This document shows positions 29,872-39,001 of a DNA stretch of 64,000 nt, piece after piece (positions within the stretch are counted from its first letter, which is position 1; the number at the start of each line of letters is the position of its first letter). Both the position numbers and the translations under genes were made by a program. Source of the stretch: an uncultured bacterium (GTDB lineage Bacteria > Babelota > Babeliae > Babelales > Vermiphilaceae). The notes beneath the pieces are model-generated. The model had not been told where the DNA came from. It ran no database searches and saw nothing but the letters and a program-made list of their open reading frames with translations. The stretch is from assembly GCA_963695335.1 (NCBI GenBank), contig OY968764.1:288001-352000 (forward strand), given 5' to 3'.

Positions 29872-30268
29872 AATTTTTTTAGATTCGAATATTTTGATTT
29901 ATCTTTATTCTGTAAATGAGGACAAAAAAACAACTGCGATCAAAACAATTATCCGTGATTACGAAGATATTGTAATTAGCACTCAAGTTTTATTTGAATT
30001 CAGTTATGTTGTGAATAGAAAATTTAAATTAAGTTATGCCGATATCGAGAAAGCATTCAAAGAAATCTATAGCATTTGTGATGTTGTATTAATAACTTAT
30101 GAGACACTTTTGTATGCCCTGAAAATTGCATCAAAATATCAATATTCTTTTCCCGATAGTTTAATTATAGCAACGGCAATCGAACAACATTGCGCTATTT
30201 TAGTTACCGAAGATATGCATAATAAACAAGTCATAGAAAATTATTTAACTATTTTAAATCCTTTTTAA
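29861..30268 (+). CDS. PIN-domain (VapC-like) toxin
   Basis: IFLDSNILIY, STQVLFE, DSLIIATA, LVTED. Confidence 0.9.
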   Translation: MMNKIFLDSNILIYLYSVNEDKKTTAIKTIIRDYEDIVISTQVLFEFSYVVNRKFKLSYADIEKAFKEIYSICDVVLITYETLLYALKIASKYQYSFPDSLIIATAIEQHCAILVTEDMHNKQVIENYLTILNPF

Positions 30269-30280
30269 GGAAAACATCGA

Positions 30281-31426
30281 ATGGCAACAATAAAAAATGT
30301 CTGGAAAAATAATAAGTCATATATATTTTTTGGATTTATTGTTTTAGGTGGAATTTTCATTTTTAGAGATTTTTTTGTACAAAAACCAGTAGCACGTGCA
30401 ATGAAGCATTTCTCAGTTGATTCAAATAATATTATTATAGAACAATATGCTCGTGGAATTGCTTTACCTGGTCAAGATAGTACCATTACCGCGGTCGCAT
30501 TTAGTCCCGATGGAAATAAGATGGTTTCAGGAGGTGTAGATCCTAAAAACAATCTTTTATTGTGGGATATTAGTGATCTTGGGAATATAAAGCCTATTCA
30601 ACTTATTGAGCATCTAGATATGGTGAATGCTGTAGCATTTAGTCCTGATGGTAAGAAAATTATTTCTGGAGGCAAAGGTAAGCGAAAAAATCTTATTTTA
30701 TGGGATATTAGTGATATTAATAATGTGAAAAATATAGATTTTGATGCTTCAAATGAGGGTGTTTGGGCAGTAGCATTTAGCCCAGATGGTAGTAAAATTG
30801 TTTCAGGATCTTTTAGGGATAAAGAAGATCAAAGCAATTGTATAATATGGGATACTGCAACAGGTCAGAAGATAGTTAACTTGGATGGAGGACAAAGTTT
30901 TGTTAGTTCATTAGCATATAGTCCAGATGGCAGTAAAATTATCACGGGGGATTGGTGGGGAGATGAAAATAATCTTATTTTATGGGATGTGAGTGATATT
31001 AATAATATACAACAGATAAAACTTGTTGGACATCCAGGTCAAATTACAGGAGTCGCATTTAGCCCTGATAATAGTAAAATTGTTTCTGGAGGAAAAGGTG
31101 AACACAGTAATCTTATTGTGTGGGATATTTATGATATCAACAAAATAAAAAGTGTTGTATTGAGCCACGAATATGCTGATGTTAGGTCAGTAGCATTTAG
31201 TTCTGATGGTAGTATGATAGCGGAGGGAAATGTTGTAGAAATGGAAGAGTTGAAAAATCAAAATAATATTACATTTTGGAATGCTGTAACGAATAAAAAA
31301 ATAACAACTCTTGATGGTCAACAAAATGGTGTTTGGTCAATAGCATTTAGTCCTGATGATAAACAGTTTGTTTCAGGAGGTACGTTTGGCGATCATAATC
31401 TTATATTATGGACATTGCTATTTTAA
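30281..31426 (+). CDS. Membrane-anchored WD40 protein with seven repeats
   Basis: Seven (A/S)VAFSPDG-like ... NLILWD repeats after an N-terminal TM segment. Confidence 0.9.
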   Translation: MATIKNVWKNNKSYIFFGFIVLGGIFIFRDFFVQKPVARAMKHFSVDSNNIIIEQYARGIALPGQDSTITAVAFSPDGNKMVSGGVDPKNNLLLWDISDLGNIKPIQLIEHLDMVNAVAFSPDGKKIISGGKGKRKNLILWDISDINNVKNIDFDASNEGVWAVAFSPDGSKIVSGSFRDKEDQSNCIIWDTATGQKIVNLDGGQSFVSSLAYSPDGSKIITGDWWGDENNLILWDVSDINNIQQIKLVGHPGQITGVAFSPDNSKIVSGGKGEHSNLIVWDIYDINKIKSVVLSHEYADVRSVAFSSDGSMIAEGNVVEMEELKNQNNITFWNAVTNKKITTLDGQQNGVWSIAFSPDDKQFVSGGTFGDHNLILWTLLF

Positions 31427-31428
31427 AT

Positions 31429-31563
31429 AACTCGAGTTTGATCTAAGAAAAATTAAAAAGCATTTACCCTGTGCGCTCAAGGCCCCTTCAACAAGTTCAG
31501 GGCGAGCGCGGAGAAACAATTAACCAAATAGCGTAGTTTTTTTTCTTATATCGAACTCACGTT
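31429..31563. mobile_element. MITE-like element with imperfect terminal inverted repeats, containing a family A repeat
   Basis: AACTCGAGTTTGATCTAAGAAAAA versus reverse complement AACGTGAGTTCGATATAAGAAAAA; no ORF. Confidence 0.6.
31473..31509. repeat. Palindromic repeat family A monomer
   Basis: GCGCTC..CCCTTCAACAAGTTCAGGGCGAGCGC. Confidence 0.8.
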
Positions 31564-31584
31564 AGTTTTAATATTTTCAATTAC

Positions 31585-31628
31585 AAGTCCCGCCATATAT
31601 GATTCATCAAAATCACATGGCGGGACTT
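31585..31628 (-). terminator. Hairpin downstream of secretin 2
   Basis: AAGTCCCGCCAT...ATGGCGGGACTT. Confidence 0.65.
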
Positions 31629-31658
31629 ATAATATAATAAGATTTTTTATGACTAAGT

Positions 31659-34247
31659 TTATGCTTTTAAAAACGGATTCGGGGCATCTCGAATGATTGA
31701 TTTAAGATCATTGGGCTGATTTTTACTGTTTTCTGCAACAAAACCATCAGCGGTGTGAGTTAATATATCATTACTTTCATTGATAATCTCTTTTTTGCTT
31801 TTTTTAGAACTTTTTTTCTGAACTATAGCATTTTGAGGTAGTGTTTCATCTTTTGCTACAAATTTTTCTATTGCTTGTTCGGAGTTTGTTTCCCCGGTAA
31901 AAAACCAACGGGTAATAGGATCTTTTAGAGAATCAAAGAGATTACCGCGAGATTCTTGTTTTGCAATATTAATATAATCTTGCGTGTATTCATTTGCGCC
32001 ATCTCGTAAGCGAGGTTCAATAATAGTTGGAGAGATGAATACGGTAAGATTATTTTTAATTGTTTCATTTTGCTTGCCTTTAAAGAACCATCCAAGTATT
32101 GGAATTTTTCCTAAGAAAGGAGTTTCTTTGATTGTGGTGTTGTTGGTTGTTCTAATTAATCCTCCGAGAGCAAAAACACCACCACTTTTTACATAGGCAT
32201 TGGTTTCAAGTTTTCGGATGGTAATAGTGTTGTTGGTAGTTTCAGTGGCATTAGAAATAAAATCATTAATCGTAACAAGCACTTGTAAATTGACTGTGTT
32301 TGCACTACTAATACGAGGAGTAATTTTTACCGTAAGATTAGCAGATATTGGTTTATAGTTAATGGTTGTTGCACCTCCATAGTTAACACTCGAAATATCT
32401 TTTACTTTATCAATAAGCCAACGTGTTTGACCGATAGAAACAGTGGCTTCTTTATTATTTTTTGCCATAACATGTGGATGCGATAATATTTTTGAGCTTG
32501 TAAATGTTTGGAGTAGTTCCCACACGCTCCACGTATTGCCATTATTATCGTTGAGTGAAAGCATAGTAGTACCTGATAAAGCAAAATCGGTAAGATTACT
32601 TGTGGCACCACTGGAAGGGTTTGCAAGAACTGGTTGACCATTAACATTGGTGTATGCATTTTGCAAAAGATTTGAATCAATAGAAGTTGTTGGTGTTGCG
32701 GGGAGTTCAGTTGGTATTGGTTGTCCTAAAATAGCTGATTGAAACTCCATAGAATCAGGAAATGGAATTTTATCAGGAATACGTGACATAGCAGATAATG
32801 CTCGTGTATCGTCAGCAGTTAAATCTGCAACTAATACTTCAATAAGAACTTGCCTTTGTGGAGTATCAAGCTCTTCAATCACTTTTTTGATCTGTTTCCA
32901 ATCATCATTACGAGCAGCAATAACAAGATTGTTGCCGCCATAATAGGTAAAACGTTCTTGTTTATCACTGTTAGCGTTATCAGCATTTTTATCTACAGGG
33001 CTATCAGTTGAGATAATAACTTTGTCAAAGAAACGTTCAATTCCGCCACCTTTTGTTTCTCCCGCTGATGCTTGGTTTGGTCCACCAGAGCTACCGCCAC
33101 CTTGAACAATTTTTTCAATAACTGGTGCAAGTGCTGGTGCATCAAGGTATTGTAAATGATAGACGTGGAGAATTGATTTTCCTGAATCAGGTGCAACATC
33201 AATATATTTTTTAATAAAATCTTTTAATCGCTCCACTGCTTGTGGCCGTCCAAGAATAATAAGTTTATTTAAGCGAGGTTCGGCGATAATTTTGGTGAAT
33301 CCTGAAAAGTAAGGAATTTCTTTTGTTTTTTTGGTATCAAGACGATATGGATTGTTGGCATCTTGTTTAATGAGCTGTTCATTAATCAGTTGAGCAACAA
33401 TTTGTGCAGAAGTATGGCGAAGGGGAAGAATATCAATTTTTTCTTGGAAATTAGCTTGATCAAGCTCAAGAATAATTTTCATAACGGCGCGAACATCATT
33501 TGCTTTTGCAACAATCAACAAGCCATTAGTTGTTGAATCACCTTTGTATAAGGCGTTGTCAGGCAAAATATCTTTAAGTATACCATTGATCTCATTTTCT
33601 GGTTGATCAGAAATTTTGATATTTGATAAATAATAAAGATAACGAATTGGTTGATTACTGTCTGGTAAATCATCAGGATGAACACCAATATATGTTGGAA
33701 CTGGTTCGCGTGATATTTCTTTTCCTGAGCGTACAATTCTGATGGTAGATTCTTGTGGAACTATAAAAAATCCAGCGCCATCTAATAATGTCTTAAGAAT
33801 TTCCCATGCTTGCGAGAGAGTCACTTTTTTGTCGATATGCAGTGTTACTTTTACATTTAAAATGTCACCAGGAGGGAATATAACGTTAAGATTTTTTAAT
33901 GCTGCTAATTGATTAATGATGGTGATAATGTCTTCATTTTCATAATTAAAATTGAAATCGGCAACATCTGTTGCTGATTCTACTTCTGTTTCATCGCAAC
34001 GAGTTAACGATATAGTACATAAACTAGCAAAGATTATTAACAAGAGAGCTGTTCCCGCGCTCGTCCTGAGCCTGTTTAACCCCATCTTCAGTTCCTTCAG
34101 ACGGGGACCCCGGTTTGGAGTGAAACGAAAACTGGGGCAAAAGGATTTCTTCGAGCGCTCAAAGATACCCTTCGACGAGCTCAGGGCGAGCATAGGGAGA
34201 AAATTATTTGAAAGGAACTTTATGTGTAATTGTTTCATTATTTTCAT
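31659..34247 (-). CDS. Type II secretion secretin GspD-like (copy 2)
   Basis: N-domains, RQVLIEVLVAD, ETPFLGKIPILGWFFK, LTVFISPTII. Confidence 0.9.
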   Translation of the reverse strand: MKIMKQLHIKFLSNNFLPMLALSSSKGIFERSKKSFCPSFRFTPNRGPRLKELKMGLNRLRTSAGTALLLIIFASLCTISLTRCDETEVESATDVADFNFNYENEDIITIINQLAALKNLNVIFPPGDILNVKVTLHIDKKVTLSQAWEILKTLLDGAGFFIVPQESTIRIVRSGKEISREPVPTYIGVHPDDLPDSNQPIRYLYYLSNIKISDQPENEINGILKDILPDNALYKGDSTTNGLLIVAKANDVRAVMKIILELDQANFQEKIDILPLRHTSAQIVAQLINEQLIKQDANNPYRLDTKKTKEIPYFSGFTKIIAEPRLNKLIILGRPQAVERLKDFIKKYIDVAPDSGKSILHVYHLQYLDAPALAPVIEKIVQGGGSSGGPNQASAGETKGGGIERFFDKVIISTDSPVDKNADNANSDKQERFTYYGGNNLVIAARNDDWKQIKKVIEELDTPQRQVLIEVLVADLTADDTRALSAMSRIPDKIPFPDSMEFQSAILGQPIPTELPATPTTSIDSNLLQNAYTNVNGQPVLANPSSGATSNLTDFALSGTTMLSLNDNNGNTWSVWELLQTFTSSKILSHPHVMAKNNKEATVSIGQTRWLIDKVKDISSVNYGGATTINYKPISANLTVKITPRISSANTVNLQVLVTINDFISNATETTNNTITIRKLETNAYVKSGGVFALGGLIRTTNNTTIKETPFLGKIPILGWFFKGKQNETIKNNLTVFISPTIIEPRLRDGANEYTQDYINIAKQESRGNLFDSLKDPITRWFFTGETNSEQAIEKFVAKDETLPQNAIVQKKSSKKSKKEIINESNDILTHTADGFVAENSKNQPNDLKSIIRDAPNPFLKA
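34055..34192. repeat. Composite nested palindromic repeat (family A with family C inserted), in-frame in the secretin 2 N-terminus
   Basis: GCGCTCGTCCTGAGCCTGT[...GGGGACCCC...]CAAAAGGA...CCCTTCGACGAGCTCAGGGCGAGC. Confidence 0.85.
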
Positions 34248-34259
34248 GTACCTTGCCCC

Positions 34260-34829
34260 CTAGGTGGTAGTGCTTTCTATTTTTGGTAATAATGTAGAAA
34301 TAGTAAGGCTCACTTCAATTGTTCTTGGTTTCTTTTTTGATTGAGTAATTTCAAGTCTATTAGTTGCTACGCGAGAGTTTTGTTCAATTTCTTGTAGCAA
34401 CTCTGTAAGATCTTTCATAGACATATCTTCAAATTTTGCACTCAATTCACTTTTTCGATAATTTTCTTCAAGATCTGCAGTAGATGTTTCTTCTGCAACT
34501 TCTTTATCTTTAAGATTTAGTTTAACCAAAAGATTTTTAAAGTATCCACCAATTTTAAAATCCATATCTTTTGCAAGTGTTTCTTCCACCATTGAGCGTT
34601 GCTGTTGCACAGAGGATGCTTTTTCTAAGATGGTTAAAATTTCTTCACGTGAGCTGTTTATATTTTTTATTTTTCGTTGTAATGTACCAACTGATCGGTA
34701 GTAATAAAAAATGATGAGTATGCATAGCAATACGCATCCAACAGCATATCCAATCATGTAATAGGAGAAGGTTTTTGAATCTATTTTATTAATAAAATTT
34801 TTTATTGGTTCAAGAAACGTCAACGTCAT
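34260..34829 (-). CDS. GspM/PilO-like inner-membrane platform protein
   Basis: Single TM, coiled coil, ferredoxin-like C-terminal domain; operon context. Confidence 0.7.
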   Translation of the reverse strand: MTLTFLEPIKNFINKIDSKTFSYYMIGYAVGCVLLCILIIFYYYRSVGTLQRKIKNINSSREEILTILEKASSVQQQRSMVEETLAKDMDFKIGGYFKNLLVKLNLKDKEVAEETSTADLEENYRKSELSAKFEDMSMKDLTELLQEIEQNSRVATNRLEITQSKKKPRTIEVSLTISTLLPKIESTTT

Positions 34830-36457
34830 GAGAGCTCCTCATTTTTTGCTAATGGTATCTTTAGGGTAAATTGTGGAGTTTCAGGCGATTCAAATGGCTT
34901 GAACAGCTTTGATTGTGCTAATTCACGTCCAAGAACTTTAAGAGCGTCATGGTCTTTAACTTCAGCTTTGATTGTTAATGTATCTTCATCAATACTGAGT
35001 TGTTCAATGTTGAAACCGGTGCTTTTTTTATCAATTTTTTCAACAAGTTCACGTAAATATTGTAAGAAAGATGCGCGCGATTGTTGTGAGAATGCAAACC
35101 ATCTTTTTTTCTGTTCTTCCACTTCTTGTTCTGCCTCATCAATTGCATCGCTTAAATTGGATTCACCTTCTAATGTTTTAAAGGTAGATGTAAGTGCTGA
35201 AAGAGCTTCTTGTTCAGAGAGATGAATCTCTTTTTTAAGTTTGCTTGTTTGTAATGAATAGTGAGTGATAAGTGTTGTAAATAGGCCTATCGTAAGAACA
35301 ACAAGCACAATTAACTGTTTGAGGAGCAATGAATTATCGGCTGATTTAAATTCTTTTTGTGCAAGATTATAATCAACTGTTGTTGGCAATGGTAATGAGG
35401 CACTGACGCTGATAACATTAATAGGAGTTATACTGTTAACATTTTTGATAGTAAGTGCTGCAGTTTGATTTATATAGTCAGGATTAAAAAGTTCGCAAGG
35501 TACTTTGCTTTTTTGACCAACAAAGTTAATGAGTCCTTTAATAAGAGCTCCTTTACCAAGAAAAATAATTTTTGTTATTGGCTGTTGATTAAGAAATTGT
35601 CGAGAAAATGCATTGAGTGTAAAATCTATAGAATTCCACCAATCTGAAACATTTTTTTCTACAGCTGATGAATATTCAGGAGTGTCATTTGCTTCAAGAC
35701 CAAATCGTAGAAGATGATCAACAACTTCTTGAGGAGTTTTATTGAGGTCTTGAGCAATTTGTTTTGTTAAAGCAATGATACCTTTTGGGATCGTACGCAT
35801 TGTTTTTAACTGCCCATTAATAATAAGAATGATATTTGTTGTATAGGAAGTTATATACATGAGTATAGCGCCACCTGATAGTTGTTTGTAAACATCTATT
35901 TGCTGATAAAGACCGTATAGGGCAATAATATCAATGGTGATTACATCTGGTTTTAATCCTACTGCTTCAAACATTTGTATATGTTGTATGATGTGTTGTT
36001 TTTGAACAGCAGTTATCATAATTTCTGAACTTTTTTCTTCAGGAATCTCTCGTGTAATAACAAAATCAATAACAGCATCACGAAGTGAAAATGGTAGGAG
36101 TGGTTCTATTTCAAACCCTACAACCATGCTGATTTTTTCACGTGACGTAAATGGTAATTTAAGTTCTTTAAATACTGCAACAGAACTTGGTAATATAGTA
36201 TGTATTTCATCATATTTACCAAGTTTAGAAAAAATAGATTGCAAAGCAGGAGATGTTTTTTCAAGATTTTCTTCTGATATCTCTTCTGGTATTGTTTCTT
36301 CAATCACAAGTTCGATGGTGCTCGTAGTCCCATTGATACGCGTTTTTGTTGCAATGATACTTGTTTTATTAATCTCAATACCAATAACTGTTTTTGGAAA
36401 AAGATAATAAGAATGTATTTTTTCTGGTAAAAAAATGTCTTTAATCAGTTGGCTCAT
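34826..36457 (-). CDS. GspL-like (PilM actin-like + PilN-like) protein
   Basis: VIGIEI, ELKLPF..KI..V.FEIEPLLPF, TM near residue 385; operon context. Confidence 0.8.
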   Translation of the reverse strand: MSQLIKDIFLPEKIHSYYLFPKTVIGIEINKTSIIATKTRINGTTSTIELVIEETIPEEISEENLEKTSPALQSIFSKLGKYDEIHTILPSSVAVFKELKLPFTSREKISMVVGFEIEPLLPFSLRDAVIDFVITREIPEEKSSEIMITAVQKQHIIQHIQMFEAVGLKPDVITIDIIALYGLYQQIDVYKQLSGGAILMYITSYTTNIILIINGQLKTMRTIPKGIIALTKQIAQDLNKTPQEVVDHLLRFGLEANDTPEYSSAVEKNVSDWWNSIDFTLNAFSRQFLNQQPITKIIFLGKGALIKGLINFVGQKSKVPCELFNPDYINQTAALTIKNVNSITPINVISVSASLPLPTTVDYNLAQKEFKSADNSLLLKQLIVLVVLTIGLFTTLITHYSLQTSKLKKEIHLSEQEALSALTSTFKTLEGESNLSDAIDEAEQEVEEQKKRWFAFSQQSRASFLQYLRELVEKIDKKSTGFNIEQLSIDEDTLTIKAEVKDHDALKVLGRELAQSKLFKPFESPETPQFTLKIPLAKNEELS

Positions 36458-38988
36458 GCTGCAACCTCCTTGTCATTCAAAAAGTCTGTGAGGGCCAGTT
36501 GTGTGCGTTTTTTGTTGTGCATTTTTTCTATCAGACTATTGTTGTGAACTGTTTGAGTTGTCGGAGCTTCTTGTGGTGCTTCCTGTTTTTCTTCTTCTTG
36601 TTTTTTTTGATGACGTTCAAAAATAAGCCCTTCAACAGATCCTTGCGCTCGTAATGCTTTGTCGCGGAAGAATAAGCGATCAATAGGGTCTTGTTGGCTG
36701 GTCACATAATCCATAGCATCAACTGTTGCTTGATAGTCTGCCAAATGATCACGATTATATGATTGCATATCTTCATCTTTAAGTGATTCTATGATGCGAG
36801 TTGAAATGAGCACAAGAAGACTATTTTTTGTGAGCGTTTTCTTTTTATTTTTAAAGAACCAGCCAAGGATAGGAATGTCGCCGAGTATTGGCACTTTGCT
36901 TTCAACATACTCTGTATCATTCTTAATTAAACCACCAATTGCAAGAACTTCTTTATTTGCAACAATAGCATTGGTGTAAATCTCTCTTGTGTTTTGTGTA
37001 GCATCTGTTTGATCAACAAGATTGGTAAACTGATTGATTTTGATTGCTATAGCAAGGTTAATCATCCCATCTGAGTTAATATGCGGTGTGATTGTTACTT
37101 CAAGGTTTGCCTGATCAGCATCAAAAGCATCTTGATTAGTTCCTCCTGCTACAACCTGCGCTGTTACGATACGGCGTTCTTCACCAATTTTAACGGTAGA
37201 TTTAGCATTGTTTGTAGCAAGAATAAATGGATTAGAGATAACTTCAGCATCAGTTACTGTTTGTAGTGCTTGGAAAATACCCCACACACCAAAAGCATCT
37301 TGACCAAGCGTTAAGAGTGATGTTCCTGGAACAGCGCCTGTAACAAGATTGACAAGATTTCCAAGTAATCTATTGGTACCACTTGTAGGATCAGGATTTG
37401 CAACGATTCCTGAAGTTCCATATAAACCTGATGTTTGGAATTTAATATTGTTACCAAGTAAACCGTTTGGTCCTGGTTCTTTACTACGCAATTGCGCACC
37501 TAAACTTTTTGTATCAGTAAGATCAACGGTTGCTATCAATACTTCAATAGCTGCTTGTGGTTGCCGTGCATCAAGCTGAGCAATAACTTTTTGTGCTTTT
37601 AAATAATCTTCATAATGACCTTTAATGATCAGTTTATTTGTTTCTTTTTCAGGGATAAAGGCCATTGGTTTCATGTATTGATCTTCACCACGCACACCAC
37701 CAAATTTTCCTGCTTCTGTATCTTGGCCAAATGCGGTGAGCTTGGTCATGATATCAGCAATTGTTTCTGCATCTGCATATTTAAGTTGGTATGTATAGAG
37801 TGGAGAGTATGCTTGATCAAGTTCAACATCAATATACTTCATAATAAATTGTTCAATTTTTTTAATTGAATTACTTGGTCCGAGCAAAATAAGTGTGTTA
37901 GTGCGAGGATCAGCAATCATGCGAGTGTTCTCTGGAAAAAAGAGAGAGGTTGGTTGTTTTTTAGTAAAGAATCGTGATTGTGGTTCTTCTTTGGGTAATA
38001 ATTCTTTATAGAGTTCTTGTACTTGTCTTGCATCAGCATTGCGCAACTTAAGCACTGACATTGATTCTGGTGTACTAACTTTATCAAGTTCTTTAACGAT
38101 TGACATGAGCATTTTGATGTTATAAGACTTATCAGTCAAAATAAAGCCTTTATGTTCTTTGAGTTCAATGAGCCCTTGTGAGCTGCTACTTCTGAGTGGA
38201 TTTATAATTCCCATGATAGTATCTGGTGATGCATTTTCGAGAAAATAAACATATCGAATAAGTTCATCGGTGTCAGGAAGTGTTGCAGGGTCAACACCAA
38301 TAAATGTTGGAAGCGCTGCTTTACGTGCAGACTCTATGGTAGTGATACGAAATATTTTTGGATCTGCTTGTGGTGTAACGGCAAAACCAGCAAGATCAAG
38401 GAATGTAACAAAGAGATTCCATGTTTCTTTTTTTGAAAGAGGCTGATTTGTTTTAAATGATATCTTGTTATTTTTTATTGCTTTTTTGCCTTGTGGCAGT
38501 GGATTGATCGCATCATCGGTGATTAAAGTTATTTCGAATATATCTTCAATCTGTTTAGCAAAATTCTCAAGGCCCGCATTTTCAAAATTAAGTTCTATGC
38601 TGTCTTCTTCATCTTCATCATGTATAGGAGCAGGAGGTATTTCTATCGGTTGGGCTGCTAAGTTTGGTGCAGCAGGTTTTTGTGGTTCAACAAATGGATC
38701 AGTATACTGGTGCGTAAGTTTTGGTGCATTAGGAGTTTGAATACGTTCTTGCATTTGCGGCAAGCCGACAGTTGCAGGAGCGGTTGCCGCTTGCATTAAT
38801 TTTGTTCTGTTATCTTGTTGCTCTTGTTGGTACGCATCAATATTCATATGCGTTTTAACGTTCTTCTTGACGACAGTTTTATCTGCCGACTTTTTTTTAT
38901 TACGATAACGTTTTCTACTGCCTGTGTGCGTGACGCTTGCAACAGCAAGCATCAATAAAAAACAGAGATGGATGGTACGTTTATTCAT
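36454..38988 (-). CDS. Type II secretion secretin GspD-like (copy 1)
   Basis: IELNFEN, ADPRTNTLIL, QAAIEVLIA, KVPILGDIPILGWFFK. Confidence 0.92.
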   Translation of the reverse strand: MNKRTIHLCFLLMLAVASVTHTGSRKRYRNKKKSADKTVVKKNVKTHMNIDAYQQEQQDNRTKLMQAATAPATVGLPQMQERIQTPNAPKLTHQYTDPFVEPQKPAAPNLAAQPIEIPPAPIHDEDEEDSIELNFENAGLENFAKQIEDIFEITLITDDAINPLPQGKKAIKNNKISFKTNQPLSKKETWNLFVTFLDLAGFAVTPQADPKIFRITTIESARKAALPTFIGVDPATLPDTDELIRYVYFLENASPDTIMGIINPLRSSSSQGLIELKEHKGFILTDKSYNIKMLMSIVKELDKVSTPESMSVLKLRNADARQVQELYKELLPKEEPQSRFFTKKQPTSLFFPENTRMIADPRTNTLILLGPSNSIKKIEQFIMKYIDVELDQAYSPLYTYQLKYADAETIADIMTKLTAFGQDTEAGKFGGVRGEDQYMKPMAFIPEKETNKLIIKGHYEDYLKAQKVIAQLDARQPQAAIEVLIATVDLTDTKSLGAQLRSKEPGPNGLLGNNIKFQTSGLYGTSGIVANPDPTSGTNRLLGNLVNLVTGAVPGTSLLTLGQDAFGVWGIFQALQTVTDAEVISNPFILATNNAKSTVKIGEERRIVTAQVVAGGTNQDAFDADQANLEVTITPHINSDGMINLAIAIKINQFTNLVDQTDATQNTREIYTNAIVANKEVLAIGGLIKNDTEYVESKVPILGDIPILGWFFKNKKKTLTKNSLLVLISTRIIESLKDEDMQSYNRDHLADYQATVDAMDYVTSQQDPIDRLFFRDKALRAQGSVEGLIFERHQKKQEEEKQEAPQEAPTTQTVHNNSLIEKMHNKKRTQLALTDFLNDKEVAA

Positions 38989-39001
38989 ATTTTTACTCAG
39001 T

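Noticed and set aside
30460..31426. DNA-level repeats GCATTTAGTCCTGATGG as a separate repeat array or DGR
   Set aside because: Explained by WD40 protein repeats; no reverse transcriptase or adenine-specific variation
33952..34263. Antisense 103-aa ORF over the secretin start, and ORF 51558-51749
   Set aside because: Both are open frames created by or starting in palindromic repeats, with no recognisable protein features
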